DNA of 62,311 nucleotides, filler included, from Pirum gemmata (GCA_002812295.1; 29 parts of 29 records of this genome joined end to end with filler, not necessarily neighbours in it), one strand, 5' to 3'; positions 39,303 to 54,029 are shown, counted from the whole stretch's first letter. Notes: generated by a model from the sequence alone, not told the origin. Numbers and translations: made by a program.

Positions 39303-40735
39303 GTTTCTTTAAAGTTCGTTGTGGAAACGGAGCTGTTTCCAGTCAGAAATCTGAATCATACACCAACGATATAGTTGACGTTAAGGTTTTGTACGGTGGT
39401 GACAATAAGGTAATCTTTTTAGGTGAAACTAACAAAAGGGAAAATGACCGCGTTAATTTTATTCTTGAAGAACAAAAAATACTAGAGCAATTTTGGGATA
39501 TTTTTCCATCTTCTACTTTAGCCGAAAAAGAGAAATTTTATTCAGAAATTTCTGAAAATGGACTGGACGAGTCCATGTTCAGAGCTGTGGGTGAATCAAA
39601 TAATCGCCGGCGAGCAGCCATCCCCGCCGAAGACATGGTTGACCGCAAAGAGGAAAAGCCCTTTAACCCAGTTTTGGCATTCCGAAAATATTTTTTTAAA
39701 ATGACCAACATTGGTTTTTTGACTCTTTTTAGTTATGGAGGAGGATATTTTTTTTATCAAAGTTACGTTGAAAATAAAGACGTAGAGAGACTTGCTGAAG
39801 AAACTCACGAAAAAATCAGACAGTACATAAAACACCATGTACCAACGAATTCTTCCATTTATAAGCGTTTAGATGAAGAAGATAGGTGGCGTGAGGAACA
39901 CAAATCTGGTATGAGAAAGGCTTGGGAGAAAGCTAAAGGAATCGCGGATCAAGTAAAAAAATGGATAAAGAAAAGTTTCAGCCATGGAACTGAACAAAAA
40001 AAACAAGTTGTAGAAATCCCTAAAAAGGAAGTACAATATGCTACATGGACTGAATTGGGCGCTGATGCGGCATTTAACGGTCTACAAACTGTTTTTGAAC
40101 CAGAAATAAAAACCTGGAAAACAACTGTTATTGTTGTCAATTACACTATTGATGGTATTCAGTATGTAAGAGACAAAAAAATTGGTGGTGGAAGTTTGAT
40201 TGAAGGTTTTAAAAACGATGCTTTGTGGAAAATTATAGAACAAGTTGGGGTTTATACGGTTGGGTTAAAAGCTGTTAACGTTGTTAAACAATTACATGGG
40301 TTTATGGGAGCTTATGTTTCTTGTAAAACCAAACAAGAAGAACTTGATCTACTTATCGGTACCATTATGGATATTGACAGTATGGCTGGTGAGCATAGCA
40401 TGCAAGTTAAATTTTGGCACTTAGTTCAACAAAAAGGCATTGAAGCTTTAGGGACTATTCTTCAGTATATACCAGGTGCTGGGCCACTTATCGATCTTGC
40501 GAACAAAGCATACAAAAATTATATAGAATACAAAGAGTCACAATTGCAATTATATAACCAATTTCAAACTTTGGTCTTAGAAACTGCAAAAACACACGCA
40601 GTTGCTGAAACAAGAGAATTGTTGTTTGGTTTAACTAAACATTATGTTATGCGTCATAAGTCCAGCACCAGCAGAGCAAAACGATCCGCGCGAAATACTT
40701 TACCTGCTCAATTTGAACCTCTTTTATTAAAGTAA
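39303..40735 (+). CDS. Terminal exon of an uncharacterised protein with one predicted TM helix
   Basis: The frame is open from a catttag| acceptor to TAA (~477 codons) with normal composition; hydrophobic segment IGFLTLFSYGGGYFFY. Confidence 0.8.
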
Positions 40736-40844
40736 CCTCTTTTGTCAAAGTAGACATTGATACTTTAAAATATGTTTTCAGTCATAATCACTCCATGAAA
40801 ACAAATTTTAATTGATTTAATAAAGGGCAAAACAAGTTTGCAAC

Positions 40845-40879
<35 letters not shown>

Positions 40880-41700
40880 GGTTTTTTATTTCTAATTATA
40901 ATAAAATACTATCGTATAAAATATAAATATGAAATTCTTATCACTTGAACGACTAGTACTGCAACAACAACAACAAAAACTTTTTCTTTTCTTATATAGT
41001 ATTATAAATTAATACATATATATATACGAATACGAATGGTTGTAAAATAGTCTAATACTTTTCTCCCACGTTTGTGAAGGAGATAATTTATGTAATATAA
41101 AAAATTATTTTTATTATTATTANNNNNNNNNNNNNNNNNNNNNNNNNNNNNNNNNNNNNNNNNNNNTTAATTAATTAANNNNNNNNNNNNNNNNNNNNNN
41201 NNNNNNNNNNNNNNNNNNNNNNTTATATTGTATTAATTTGGTGCTATTTATTGTATATTTTATGACGACAAAATAACTGAAAAGCACTATACTAGCTAGT
41301 CTAGCTAGTATGAGTAGTTGCAACTTGCAAGTTCTAACATTTTATTATTATCATCTTGTTAATATTATTACTTTAATGGGGATCTACTATAATTAGATTT
41401 ACTATTTTAAGCTATTGGACTACTATTATTAGTAAGAAACACGGAACTAAGGTTGGCTCGATAAGCATCTGTTCGAAAAAAGTTCCAGTAGATATCTTAC
41501 CCTACTATTTTTTGCTTGTTTACACCATAGCAAGAATCATTTTTGGAATCTGAATTCTTCTGGATGCCTAGTTACCTCACGCTATTGGCCTTTGACAACG
41601 TTAGAGTTTTGAATGTAGCCATTCGTAGGAAGGAATTTTTAATACTGTGGTTTTGTGGTTTGAAACATGCTTTTTTTGAAAAAGAATCAACTAAAATTAA

Positions 41701-41746
<46 letters not shown>

Positions 41747-43415
41747 AACTTGATAATTATATATATTTTTTAAAAATATAATTAAGTACGATATCGATAT
41801 CATATGACAAATAAAAAAATAATCATCATCATCACTTATTATTATATCATAATTAAAATAATAATGTTATTAATAACACTAAGTAATAATAATTATAATA
41901 ATAATAGTTATGATAATAATGCTGATGATAGTCTAATAATAATAATAATAATAAAGAATTTACCATCATATATGATATTATGATAATATTTAAAATATAA
42001 TATTATGTAGACTATTATATATAATTATATATTATTATAAAATAGCTTTGTAGTTTCATAAGCTGGAGAGTTATACTAGTAGCTACTAGAGACTCTTATG
42101 GCCTCTCTAGTAGTATCCCGGTAGTTGTGGTGGGCAATGTGGGGAGTTGAAAATCCAATGACAAGATAAAATCAACTCGATTTGTTATGATATCGATAAA
42201 ACCTATAAATAAATAAATAAATACATCAAAAATAAAATTATATAATATCATATATATATATAGACGTTAATTGGATTATTTACAATATATATATATTATA
42301 TATGAACATATATTGTATCATTATAATTATATACCCCAAGGACAACTGTAATGAAATAGAAAATAATATTATTTTTTATTTATAAACAAACTATTGACAC
42401 TAATGTGAATATGGGTAATATCTATATTATAGGGCTAGCGTTTCATATTTATTTAGTTTGCTGTTCATAGATTATTAAATAACTTATTATTTTTTAATTT
42501 GATATTAATACAACTTTATTTTATATTTTATGGTGAAAAAGGTTTGAATTGCTATTTATGTTGTACTGAAAGGGTCTGCTGCGGCATTTTTATTTCGTAC
42601 TTATCCACTTTGTTACCCATCCACACTTTTATAAATTAAAAAACGGTTAGACCCCTATACCCTAACCCTAACCTGAACCCTTCCTTGCCTTAACGCTAAC
42701 CCTACCTAACCTAATTAATTAAAACCCTAACACTAACTAAAGCTAACCCTAGGGGCCTAGACTAACCCCCCGCCTACCTACCTACCCTACCCTAACGCAG
42801 TACATCCGTGTTGAGTAGACTAGTACTGTAGTGTGTTGAACAGTTCCAACTTCCAAGGCCACACACTAATTTTATTTATTTATATAAAGCATAATAGTTA
42901 GCATAATTATAATTTATTATGATATAGTATTAAAAAAATATGCCGTCACAGAAAGTTTTTATTTCTATTTGCTATCGTATTTATAATAATATTACATGCA
43001 TAAACATATTATAATAATAATAATATTATACGCATAAATATATTATAACAAGAGTTTAATAAGTTTAATATCGACTATTATAGAGTATAATATTATTAAA
43101 AATTTTATTATTATTATTATTATTTTTTCATAATATTATTTATTATTATGATAAAAATTTTTTTTTTTTNNNNNNNNNNNNNNNNNNNNNNNNNNNNNNN
43201 NNNNNNNNNNNNNTTAATTAATTAANNNNNNNNNNNNNNNNNNNNNNNNNNNNNNNNNNNNNNNNNNNNCGCCATTATGGCGAATTTAACCGTTTTTTTA
43301 CTATATATATATATTTAAGAATGCAAATAATCAAATTAACGTCTATATATATGGAACCAAATGTGGGTCTTTCGGTTCTTGGCCTATATATATATACATT
43401 TATATACTGATTAAA

Positions 43416-44534
43416 CTAAACATGGAACGAATTGGAGCAAACAGATATTCTTGCTAAAGGTTCTTCTTTCTCGGATTCTCCATGAGAAGTACTTGCTAGT
43501 GGTATAGTATCACCAGTAATGTGTACGTGCTCACCGGTCATTGAAGTTATATGAGTTGTGGTAGTTAGCTCTTTTGCGGATTCAACATCTCTATCTATTG
43601 CATTACCATTAACGTTCTTGCTAATATAATATGGGGATTGTTCTTTGAAATAAACACCAAGGTAATAATCGTAAGTTAAGCCACTTTTAGCCATCACAAA
43701 CAAAGAAATAAAAATTCCCAGGGCTGATCCAGCGTTGACATCCGACGCATTGTGAATATGTTGCATAATCCTACTAGCGCCAATGAAGTAAGCGATGAAA
43801 ACCGGGGCAAAAATGCAAAATATAATTAAAATATTTTTCAATTCCGATAAATAAAAAACACGACGAACATTATGTGATGTAGGATTGTTATACTTGTTCT
43901 TTCTCTTTTTCTCCGTGGATTTCTGTTTCCGAATATAAAAATTCCAAAAGATCCACGCAGACAAGTACACTGCACAAGTAAATGACACAGAACTGTGACC
44001 CGAAGGATACGAAAACATACCATCAGTAACTTCATGTCTATCGGGGTTAGTGCAAAGACGGTCAATATCGGGAATAACACCAGCTTCTACTGAATTGTAT
44101 TCTGCCAACACCTGGGAATCCGGTTGACAACGTGACAAAAAATCAGGCCGATAGCGACCAACCATATTTTTGAAATATAACATAAAAACCAACGAAAGGC
44201 AATTAGCTATAACGTATTCAAGGAAAAAATATAAAGAAGACCAAATCATTAATGGTTTGGGTTTCTTCCTTAATTGAAAGCATTCCACAAAGATTATGAT
44301 TGAAATACAACCAATAGCTACGAGCGCTAACGCCCAGGACGGTACTATATCTGGTAAATGTGGGTAGTTGATACTAGGATCATTAGGTAGCAAAAGGTTA
44401 ACTTTAGGCTTGGTAAAAACGGAAAAAATTCCCGCTGGTATTAATCCTACCAAAACGCAAGTTAATACTAACAGCCATTGTTGGTTGGTAATAGCGTTTT
44501 TTAATGTATATATTTTTTTCGTTGGTGCTTGCAT
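43416..44534 (-). CDS. PAP2-family lipid phosphate phosphatase, intronless
   Basis: C1 KNMVGRYRP, C2 YPSGH, C3 SRIMQHIHNASD; about 6 TM helices. Confidence 0.95.
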   Translation of the reverse strand: MQAPTKKIYTLKNAITNQQWLLVLTCVLVGLIPAGIFSVFTKPKVNLLLPNDPSINYPHLPDIVPSWALALVAIGCISIIIFVECFQLRKKPKPLMIWSSLYFFLEYVIANCLSLVFMLYFKNMVGRYRPDFLSRCQPDSQVLAEYNSVEAGVIPDIDRLCTNPDRHEVTDGMFSYPSGHSSVSFTCAVYLSAWIFWNFYIRKQKSTEKKRKNKYNNPTSHNVRRVFYLSELKNILIIFCIFAPVFIAYFIGASRIMQHIHNASDVNAGSALGIFISLFVMAKSGLTYDYYLGVYFKEQSPYYISKNVNGNAIDRDVESAKELTTTTHITSMTGEHVHITGDTIPLASTSHGESEKEEPLARISVCSNSFHV

Positions 44535-46102
44535 TATATTAATTATATCAATATTATAATCAATATTACCTATATTGTATATATTACTTATTTGTTGGTG
44601 TAATGTATTGGTATTTTGTTTTTTTAATAATATATAAATTAATATTATTATTATTATTAATAACAGTATTAATATTATAATATATAATTAAATGCTTTTA
44701 AGACAACTGGCATTCTTATTTATAGATTTTTGTCAAAAATTCGTTGGATAAATTAATTAATATTATTATAATTATATAAATATATATTATATTATGTCAA
44801 TTTTAATTTTTTTGTAACGTTTATGATTAGCTTTTGACAATTAATTAATGTTTTAACGTTAACTATAGCTATCTATTGTTATTAAAACAGTAAAAAATAC
44901 AAATCAAAATTTAAAGGGTATATTATATATTAATAATAATTAGATATTAATATTCAATATTTAATTAATAATATATTTATTGTGTTGCTATATTGTTTTT
45001 GTTATTAAGAATAAAACTTATATTATTAATAAATATTTTTTTATTATCTCCCAATTTTTTTTATTTTTTTTTCTAATAAAATTTAGCAATGTATTTTTAT
45101 ATACATTTATTTTTTGTTTTTTGTTTTCTTTCTATCATTTATTTATTTATTATTATTATTCACAAAGCCCACGATTTTTTTTTTTTTTTTTTTTTTTTTT
45201 GTTTAAAATTTGTAAAATTTTTTTTTTTTTTTTTTTNNNNNNNNNNNNNNNNNNNNNNNNNNNNNNNNNNNNNNNNNNNNTTAATTAATTAANNNNNNNN
45301 NNNNNNNNNNNNNNNNNNNNNNNNNNNNNNNNNNNNCGTAACCCTAACCATATCCGTAACTCTAACAGTAACCCTGACCCTAATTTATAATCCTAATCAT
45401 AACCCTAATTATAAAACCCTAGCCTTGACCTTAACTCATACGTTCTGAAACCTTAATCACACTAATTTTAACACCTTTGTTGTATTAATACTTATATATT
45501 AATATTATTTAGAATTTTCATCATTATTACTATTTATATTGGTCACCTTATGCTATTGTGTTTGAATTTTGAATTATATCAGCGTCACTTATAGTAATAA
45601 GAATAAGGAAAAGAAAAACTAGGGGTTTTTTTCTTTTCATTTTGTTTATGATTACTTTTGCTTTTTCTGTTGTTGGTGTTGTTATTAATATTGGCATATT
45701 TCTTAATTTTTTGGTATTTTTTTTTGAAACCTTTGGGTATTTTTATTAATAAAATTTGTTTTTTTTTTATAAATTTATGTAAAAAAAAAAAATAATAAAT
45801 AATAATAATAAAAAGAATAAAAAGAATAAGTTTTCTGATCTTAAAGTTCGGTGCGGTGCAAGTAGCTGAAAATCGTGGAAAAGGTATAAAACACCGCTGT
45901 TGAAAACAAACAAACAAAAAATAAAATAACAAAAAAAAAATTAAACATTAAGTTTTAATAAAATTTATTATAATACCTTTTTATTTATTAATTAATAACA
46001 AAAAAAAAACCTAAAAGTAAACACAAATTACAACCTTTTAATTAACAATTACTGCATTACTCATCCTCAACTTTAAAGAAAACGAAAACAAAAATAGCGA
46101 AA

Positions 46103-47032
46103 ATGATGTTCTCGAAGATTGCTGCCCAAATCATTGCCTTCAATGTTGTTAGCACTTTTGCATTAAGTATTGAACAAAATCAACAAGTTGGTAATAATAT
46201 CATGGCTGAAGCTCAACATATAAAATTAGAAAGACGTGGAGTTTGGTCCGAATTTGAGAAAGATTACGAAGAGATTAAAACTGCTTTCGAAAGAGGTGAG
46301 TTGGAACATGAAAAAGCATTGCTTGAACGCAGAGTGAAGGATAGTAAAATTGCTGTAGAGGTGAAAAAGTTTTTTGATAGTAAAGAATTCAAAAACGCAC
46401 TTAAAAAAGGAAAAGATGAAGGAAAATGGGATTCTCTTAAAACAATCTTGAAAGCAAAAACTGGTGATTCGGATACTATTAAAGCAATAAAGGTCGATAT
46501 TAACAACCTTTTGGACGATAGTTATAGTTATTACAGCAACAGTGAAAAAGCGGAGTACATTGAAGAACGTTTCATAAAAGAAGCAGAGGCTTATGCCAAA
46601 GAATTGGGTGATAGTGAAAAGGAATTAAAAGCCGTTGTTGCCAAAATTGATTCAAAATTAAAGGAAACAGTAAAAAAACTTAAAGAAAGAAATGACTATT
46701 TCAATTCTAAAGAATTCAAAGATGCCCTTGAGAAAGGTAAAACGAAAGGGGAATGGGATGATTTGAAAAAGAGTTTGGAAAAAGCCGTAGGTACTACAGA
46801 TTTCAAAGATTTCAAAAAGAGAATTGACGACCTTTTGGTTAATGGTTACAGACATGCAGATTTTGATACACTGGACAACGCAGGAAAAGCAAAATATATA
46901 ACCGATCATTTCGTAAAAGCAACATCGGCAGAATTGAAAAAGGCCGAAGACAGTTTAACTGGTGATGCTGCGGCAATGGGCGCTTCTATTGTTTTCGCAA
47001 GTGCTGCAATTCTTTGTCAATTTATGTTTTAA
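46103..47032 (+). CDS. Secreted, probably GPI-anchored, Lys/Glu-rich helical protein with two internal repeats
   Basis: N-terminal signal peptide; C-terminal small residues (TGDAAA) plus a hydrophobic tail; duplicated SKEFK.AL.KGK..G.WD.LK unit. Confidence 0.8.
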   Translation: MMFSKIAAQIIAFNVVSTFALSIEQNQQVGNNIMAEAQHIKLERRGVWSEFEKDYEEIKTAFERGELEHEKALLERRVKDSKIAVEVKKFFDSKEFKNALKKGKDEGKWDSLKTILKAKTGDSDTIKAIKVDINNLLDDSYSYYSNSEKAEYIEERFIKEAEAYAKELGDSEKELKAVVAKIDSKLKETVKKLKERNDYFNSKEFKDALEKGKTKGEWDDLKKSLEKAVGTTDFKDFKKRIDDLLVNGYRHADFDTLDNAGKAKYITDHFVKATSAELKKAEDSLTGDAAAMGASIVFASAAILCQFMF

Positions 47033-49468
47033 TAAAAATACATGATTTACTTTTTATTATTTTGTATGAATGTAATTATTTAGATTTATTTTAAAATTTT
47101 TGTTTTTTTTTTGTGTAGAAATGGTTAGACTTCTCCGAATTCTGCCCGGGCAGAATTTGGCCTTTTTCGAGTAATGGCAGAATGGTGTTTCCCCCCCCTA
47201 ACTCGATCAAAAATTAATTTTTTGAAAAAAAAAAAGGGGAGATTGATCTAATAAAATATAGGAAGTCCGTTCCCTTCGCCTAAGGTCTCTGCTCCGAAAA
47301 TTNNNNNNNNNNNNNNNNNNNNNNNNNNNNNNNNNNNNNNNNNNNNTTAATTAATTAANNNNNNNNNNNNNNNNNNNNNNNNNNNNNNNNNNNNNNNNNN
47401 NNTTATTATTAACATACTTTTTTAGGCTGGAAATTGCGTTTTAAATTGTTTTTCGGAATTTTGGTAACAATGGTTCGGACATTTGGAGAATTGGCCCACG
47501 AAAATGTGGTTTGGGCTTTCACTAGAGATAAGCCCGCGTTGCGAAACATATTTTTGTTATTTGGTATTTTAATTCAAAAAACAAACACTTAAAAAAAGAA
47601 AATCAAGGTAATAATAAAGATAACGATAATTAGTGATAATGATAATGATAATAGTGATGATAATTATAATTAATAACTTGTAAAAATCAATAATAAATAA
47701 TAAATAAAATAATAAATAAATAAATAATAATAAATAAATAAATAATCTAGATAAATAATAAATAAATAATATCATAAAATTTTAATAATAAAACAACTAG
47801 TCTAACTATGATAAGTAACAAAAGAACATTTTTTTTTTTTTAGTGTAATTATACCAATGCGAAAAAGTGCAAAAACAGTGCAAAAACATACTATTTTTAA
47901 TTAATTTATTCGTGCGCAAATATAAAATATTCGTATTTTTGCGAAAAAGTGCGAAAACATATTATTTTTAATTAATTTTTAATATATAAAATATTCGCAA
48001 TTTTTTTCTCACTTAGACTTCTTAGAAAAGATTTTGATGTAGACCAATAAAACAGTTTGATTACGCTCACTAATATTAATTAGACCGAAAGCAATGAAAG
48101 TTAAAAACACAAACAAACACTATTTGAACATATCAGGCGTCCTTTTTCCTAGCACTAATATAAATGACGTATTTAATTTTTGAGAGGAGTTTGTATTTTT
48201 GGACCAGAGGGAGATGCGGGAAAAATCGTCGAATCGAGACTAGTTTGAAATATTGAAATTTTTTCGAACTGATTCTAAGTATTGACTCTTTTTTGATTTT
48301 ATCAAAAAATTCTTAAACATTATTAGAAATTTTATAGAAAAAACTTGAAACTCGAAAAAAAAAAGAATATCATTTCAAAATTGTCACTATTTAATAATTA
48401 AGTTCGAGTTGTTTGATTCGATTATGTTTCCGTATCTCTCAGATTACCTAAAAAAAAAAATATTTTTGATTTTTGCACCTCTGTATAATAAATTACGTCA
48501 TTTCCAGTTTTTTTTTTAGAAAAGAGGGTCCTGCGTTCAAACTCTACGTAACAGTACATAGACTAGACTAGACTAACTCTTTCTGGGTAAAGGTAAGTAA
48601 CTGGGTAAGTAGAGGTAGGGGTCTGGTACTAAGGGGTTAGGGTTATGATACCGGTAGTAGGCTAAATAGACTAGGCTGGTAAAACGGCTACTGTAGCTAT
48701 GATAGCGTGGTCTCTATCAATAATAGCTAGCTAGAGAGTCTCTAGCTAGCTACTAGCTAGCTAGACTATCGAGTGGAGATCGAGTAGCTAAGTCTAACTG
48801 TAGGAATCGTCCATAAAGGCCTCTTTGTCCAAAACACTTTTGGTCATAATTTTAAAGTTCATTTTAATAATTAATCACAGCCTAAAATAGTTTAAGTCAC
48901 ATTTTCGAGCAATGACTTTTAGCAAAGAATAAGTGACGCCCTTTAAAAGAATGTTCTAACTTCTATGATTGATAACTTCTAAGAGTTCTAAGTTCTATGA
49001 TAAGTCTATCTATATTATCTAATATCAATACAACTATAAAATTAATTAACATAAGTAACAGTAACATGGGGCGCTTAAATTGTAAAACAACATTGTAAAA
49101 CAACAATTTTAAACAAAAGCAATCTACAAAACAATCTACAACCCTACTTCCCACTATTAGAAAATGCAATACAACATTATATAATTCAATGTATATATAT
49201 TTATATATAGGTATTTATATATAAATATAGTAAAATGGACACCGAAAGTGCGAAATACCAAGCTTTATTGTTTATACATCATTCAGCTAAAAAACTCAAA
49301 TTGTAAGTCTCTCCTTTTTTCTTGCTTGTTATTGTTATTATTGTTACTATTGTTAATTATTATTATTANNNNNNNNNNNNNNNNNNNNNNNNNNNNNNNN
49401 NNNNNNNNNNNNTTAATTAATTAANNNNNNNNNNNNNNNNNNNNNNNNNNNNNNNNNNNNNNNNNNNN

Positions 49469-49503
<35 letters not shown>

Positions 49504-49619
49504 TATTATTATTATTATTAATATAATTTATATTAATAATATACTTTTATCATTGTTATTATTGCTATGGTTGATGTTGCTGTTGTTATGGTTGTCATTA
49601 CTACTACTACTACTACTAG

Positions 49620-49651
<32 letters not shown>

Positions 49652-49733
49652 ATTATTATATGTATTATTATTATTATTGTTGTTGTTGAACTTATTGTTG
49701 TTGTTATATATTATTATTATTATTAATTGCTGT

Positions 49734-49766
<33 letters not shown>

Positions 49767-50060
49767 GTATAATTTATGATGATGTTGATGTTGATGTTGA
49801 TGATGCATAATATATTATAAAGATGAGATGATGAGATGATGGAAATGGTGCTGTTGTTGTTCGAGAAGGACTGGCAATGATATTTTGATATTTTTGTTCT
49901 TTATCATTTCATTTTTGGTAATAGTGCCATGCAGGGGGTATGTTGACGAAACCACTTGAAAAATATAATATTATATTCATCCCTTTAGAAAAAAAAAGAA
50001 AAAAAAAAAGAAAAGAAGTCGAAAAAAAAAAAATTTCTACAGTTTTATCCGGATTGGCTA

Positions 50061-50094
<34 letters not shown>

Positions 50095-52054
50095 GGAACA
50101 CTGCCGCATGGTTGTAGCTTTTACTGATATTACTGATCCTATCCTCCTATCATAGAAATGATCCGATCAATTTCTTAAAACAGGATTCCCTATTCTATAA
50201 AATCGACCAATTAAAATAATTAAAAACATTATTAACATTATTGTGTTTTTAAAAATCACCATTTAAAAAAGAGAAGGCCATCCTACACTACTCTGCTCGC
50301 ACTTGAAGCGGCACTTCTGCGGTTCTCTCTTGGCGGTTCTCTGGGGACCTGCGGTTCTATCGTACCAAAAAAAACTAGAACAGGTAGACCTATCATAGTT
50401 GTTAAAATGTAAAAAAAAAAAAGGAAGAAAAAAAAATTATTATAACTATTTTCAACCAAATTATTTCAACTGATTTTGTACGAGTTTCAACAAGTCTCTA
50501 GTTGCTTTTTTGCAAAGATACCATTTTTTATTTACAATTTTGATAGTTCCTTCTGTTCTACAACCTTTATTTCAACCAAAAATATTTCAACTGATTTTGT
50601 TTATACTTTTTAAACATTTTCAACCGGTTTCCTAGCTTTTACAAAGGTACCATTTTTTTTACTTGTAACTTATCATAAATAGTTCCTTCAGGCTCTAACT
50701 TACAGTTACCCCTCTCTCCGTTAGAGGATAACTGAATTTTTTTTAAAAAAAAAAATAAAATTTCTCTTATTAATAAGAAAAAAGAAAAAAAAAAATTGTT
50801 ATTGTTATGTTATTGTTATAATAATTATACAGTTATTGTTATGGTTATTAATAATTATTGTTATTGTTATTGCTGTTGTTTTGTTATTGTTATTTTTATT
50901 GCCATTATTATATAATATTATATTTATTGTATAATTAATGCTATTGTTATTATTATTGCTATTGCTATTGTTGTGTTTATTGTTTTAAAAGTATTATTAT
51001 GATAGTAATCACCTGTTGTTATTCAATTAATCACGTGACTCCACGAACATTATTTTATAGTTCAAACCTCTGTAATATTTTAATATAATATTTTTTTAAT
51101 ATTGTATTTTAAAAATTACATATGATCAAACCCAAAACATCGAGCCATATAATATATATTAAATTACATATGAGCGAACTCAAAATCGAGCCTATGTTCC
51201 AAAATGAAAATGCGTAAAATTTCAAGAAAAGAAAAGAAAAAAAGTATATCTACGTAATCCAGGTGTCAATAAATGAAAAAACAATGAAAAAACAAAAAAA
51301 GTGAAATATGTATAATATTACAAACAAAAAAATAAAGTAAACCGATATTGCTTTGTGTTTCATTTTTTATAATAATAATAATAATAACAAACAATAACAA
51401 ACNNNNNNNNNNNNNNNNNNNNNNNNNNNNNNNNNNNNNNNNNNNNTTAATTAATTAANNNNNNNNNNNNNNNNNNNNNNNNNNNNNNNNNNNNNNNNNN
51501 NNAATAATAATTAATAATAATAATAATTAATTTACTAGGCTGGCGCGCATAGATTCCAACAGTCAGGAACCCAAGTGCGTAAAAAAATGTGGTGGAAAAA
51601 TATGAAATGGTGGGGAATGATTATTGCTGCTGTGTTAGTTCTTATTTTAGTAATTGTTTTAATCGCCCAACCTTGGAAATAAAAATACATCTACAGAAGG
51701 GGGGTCGATGTATTATTTTGACACCATTTTATTATTTTTTTTTATTGTATGATACCATTTTTTTTATTTTTTTTNNNNNNNNNNNNNNNNNNNNNNNNNN
51801 NNNNNNNNNNNNNNNNNNNNNNNNNNNNNNNNNNNNNNNNNNNNNNNNNNNNNNNNNNNNNNNNNNNNNNNNNNNNNNNNNNNNNNNNNNNNNNNNNNNN
51901 NNNNNNNNTTTTTTACTTTTCTTTTTAAATCTTGAATCACTAAATTACTTTCGAAAATAAAGTAATATAATAAATGTGATAACACATAAGCTTAAATAGA
52001 GTGTACTTAGATTTAATGGAAATATGATAGGTCGTAGTAATAATATCGGTGATA

Positions 52055-52110
<56 letters not shown>

Positions 52111-53714
52111 GAAAAATTATTAGTAGAGTGAACATTGTGATGGTAATAAAAAAATAGTAAATAATAATACTATAACTAGTTAAATATGATAGTTTAACAA
52201 AAACCATAACATCCAAAACGAGCTACTAGTGATAAGCTAAATTACGGAAAAAGTAATAAAATTGATGAAAGACAATGAAGACAGTATGAACTTGTTGTTT
52301 AATAAATTTAGTGTCTTAACTGTGTAAAGTAAAAATGTACTTGGGTCTTATTAATTTTTTTTTTTATGATTGTTAATTATGTTTAAAATTGAGAAATAAA
52401 ATATTATTTTTGTTGCTGCTTTTCTGTTATTTTATTTTATCACCTTTTTTTTTGTTGACTACTAATTTGGTAATAATAATTGGTTCTTGTTCGAATTTCT
52501 TACTCTATACCTCTTGTAATTGTGCTTTTTAAAATAATTGAAAGAATAATAAATTGTATCAAATTGTATTATCTTAAATCAAGAGGTCTAAAGTGAGAGG
52601 TAATACGTATGACGTCACCATAATAAAAAATATTTTTATTTTTGTCAGATAAACTGAGATAATACGCAAAGGTCGAAGTGAGAGCGCTTTCTCCATTTAT
52701 TTTTAAGAGGTCCAAAGTAAGAGGGTAATGTGTATAATGTAACCATATATATACATATATGTTTATATATATATATATTATATATGTGTGTGTATGTATG
52801 TATGTATGTACGTACGTATATATATGTGCGTGTGTGTGTGTGTATGTATGTACGTATATATACGTACGTGTGTGTGTGTGTGAAATAGAAACAAAATTCA
52901 AAATTAATAGCCACATAAGGAAATTACCATTTTTATTGGGATATTATTAGATACAACAAGGGTTACAGGCGGGTAAGGTTACGTTTATTGTTATTATTAT
53001 TGGTCATTAATATAGTTAATGTTATTGTCATCGTTAATCTGGCATCGTTATTCATTGTGGTGATTAAAGTTAGTTTCCAGTTAGCTTATTAACTAAATCT
53101 CAACCGCACCCTTCGCATAAACTTCCAAGGCGATGAATGGTCAAGGTAATATCAAAAGTGTAACATTGATAGTAATTCATTTATTTTGAATAACTAGAGC
53201 AAAAAGAAATGATTGAATAAGTTTCGTAATTGTTGTTATTAAAAGTTGGGTAGATTTATACCCCCCCCCCCCTTTCTCTCTCTCTCTAAACACCTCCCTC
53301 AAAAGCAAACAAACATCATCAACAACAAAAAACAAAAAAACTCCACCCTGAATAATAATAATATTAATCATAATAATAATAACCCCACTAGAGCAAAAAG
53401 AAATGATTGAATATGTTTCGTAATTGTTGTTATTAAAAGTTGGGTAGATTTNNNNNNNNNNNNNNNNNNNNNNNNNNNNNNNNNNNNNNNNNNNNTTAAT
53501 TAATTAANNNNNNNNNNNNNNNNNNNNNNNNNNNNNNNNNNNNNNNNNNNNTGTGTTACTGAGTGGTAACAAGTCTGTAAGTCAATTTGTTATTTTGTTT
53601 AAATAAAGATATTGTCTGTTTATTAAGTATTAAATTTGAGTCGTTATAAGCACGAATACAGTTGATTAAATTTTTATAGTATTAGTTTAGTTATTTTATT
53701 TTATTTTAAGACAA

Positions 53715-54029
53715 TGGGTTTTTCTAAATATGGCGTGGCTATGGAGGCTACATGGTATTGTTAGCAAAATATGAAAGGACATCGAGATCAACCAGGATAG
53801 AAGTGAAGATCTTATAGCTCTATTATGTATCGTATTGGAGGGTGAGGATTTCGATTCAATCATTACATTGATTGAAAATGATGAAAATATGTCATATAGA
53901 GATGGCATATCAAAAATCAGGGATTTTATTAAGAGGAAGGTTGGAAGTACTAAATCGGAGAAGGCAATGATGGCCAATAAAGGAAGCTGTTACAATTGTG
54001 GATTGCAAGAAGTTGCCAAGCAAATGTGA
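53715..54029 (+). pseudogene. Decayed Ty1/copia-like gag fragment
   Basis: EDLIALLCIVLEGEDFDSIITLIEN resembles the copia gag C-terminal helical region, followed by AMMA..GSCYNCG (start of a zinc knuckle, broken by deletion/frameshift); in-frame stop upstream. Confidence 0.55.
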
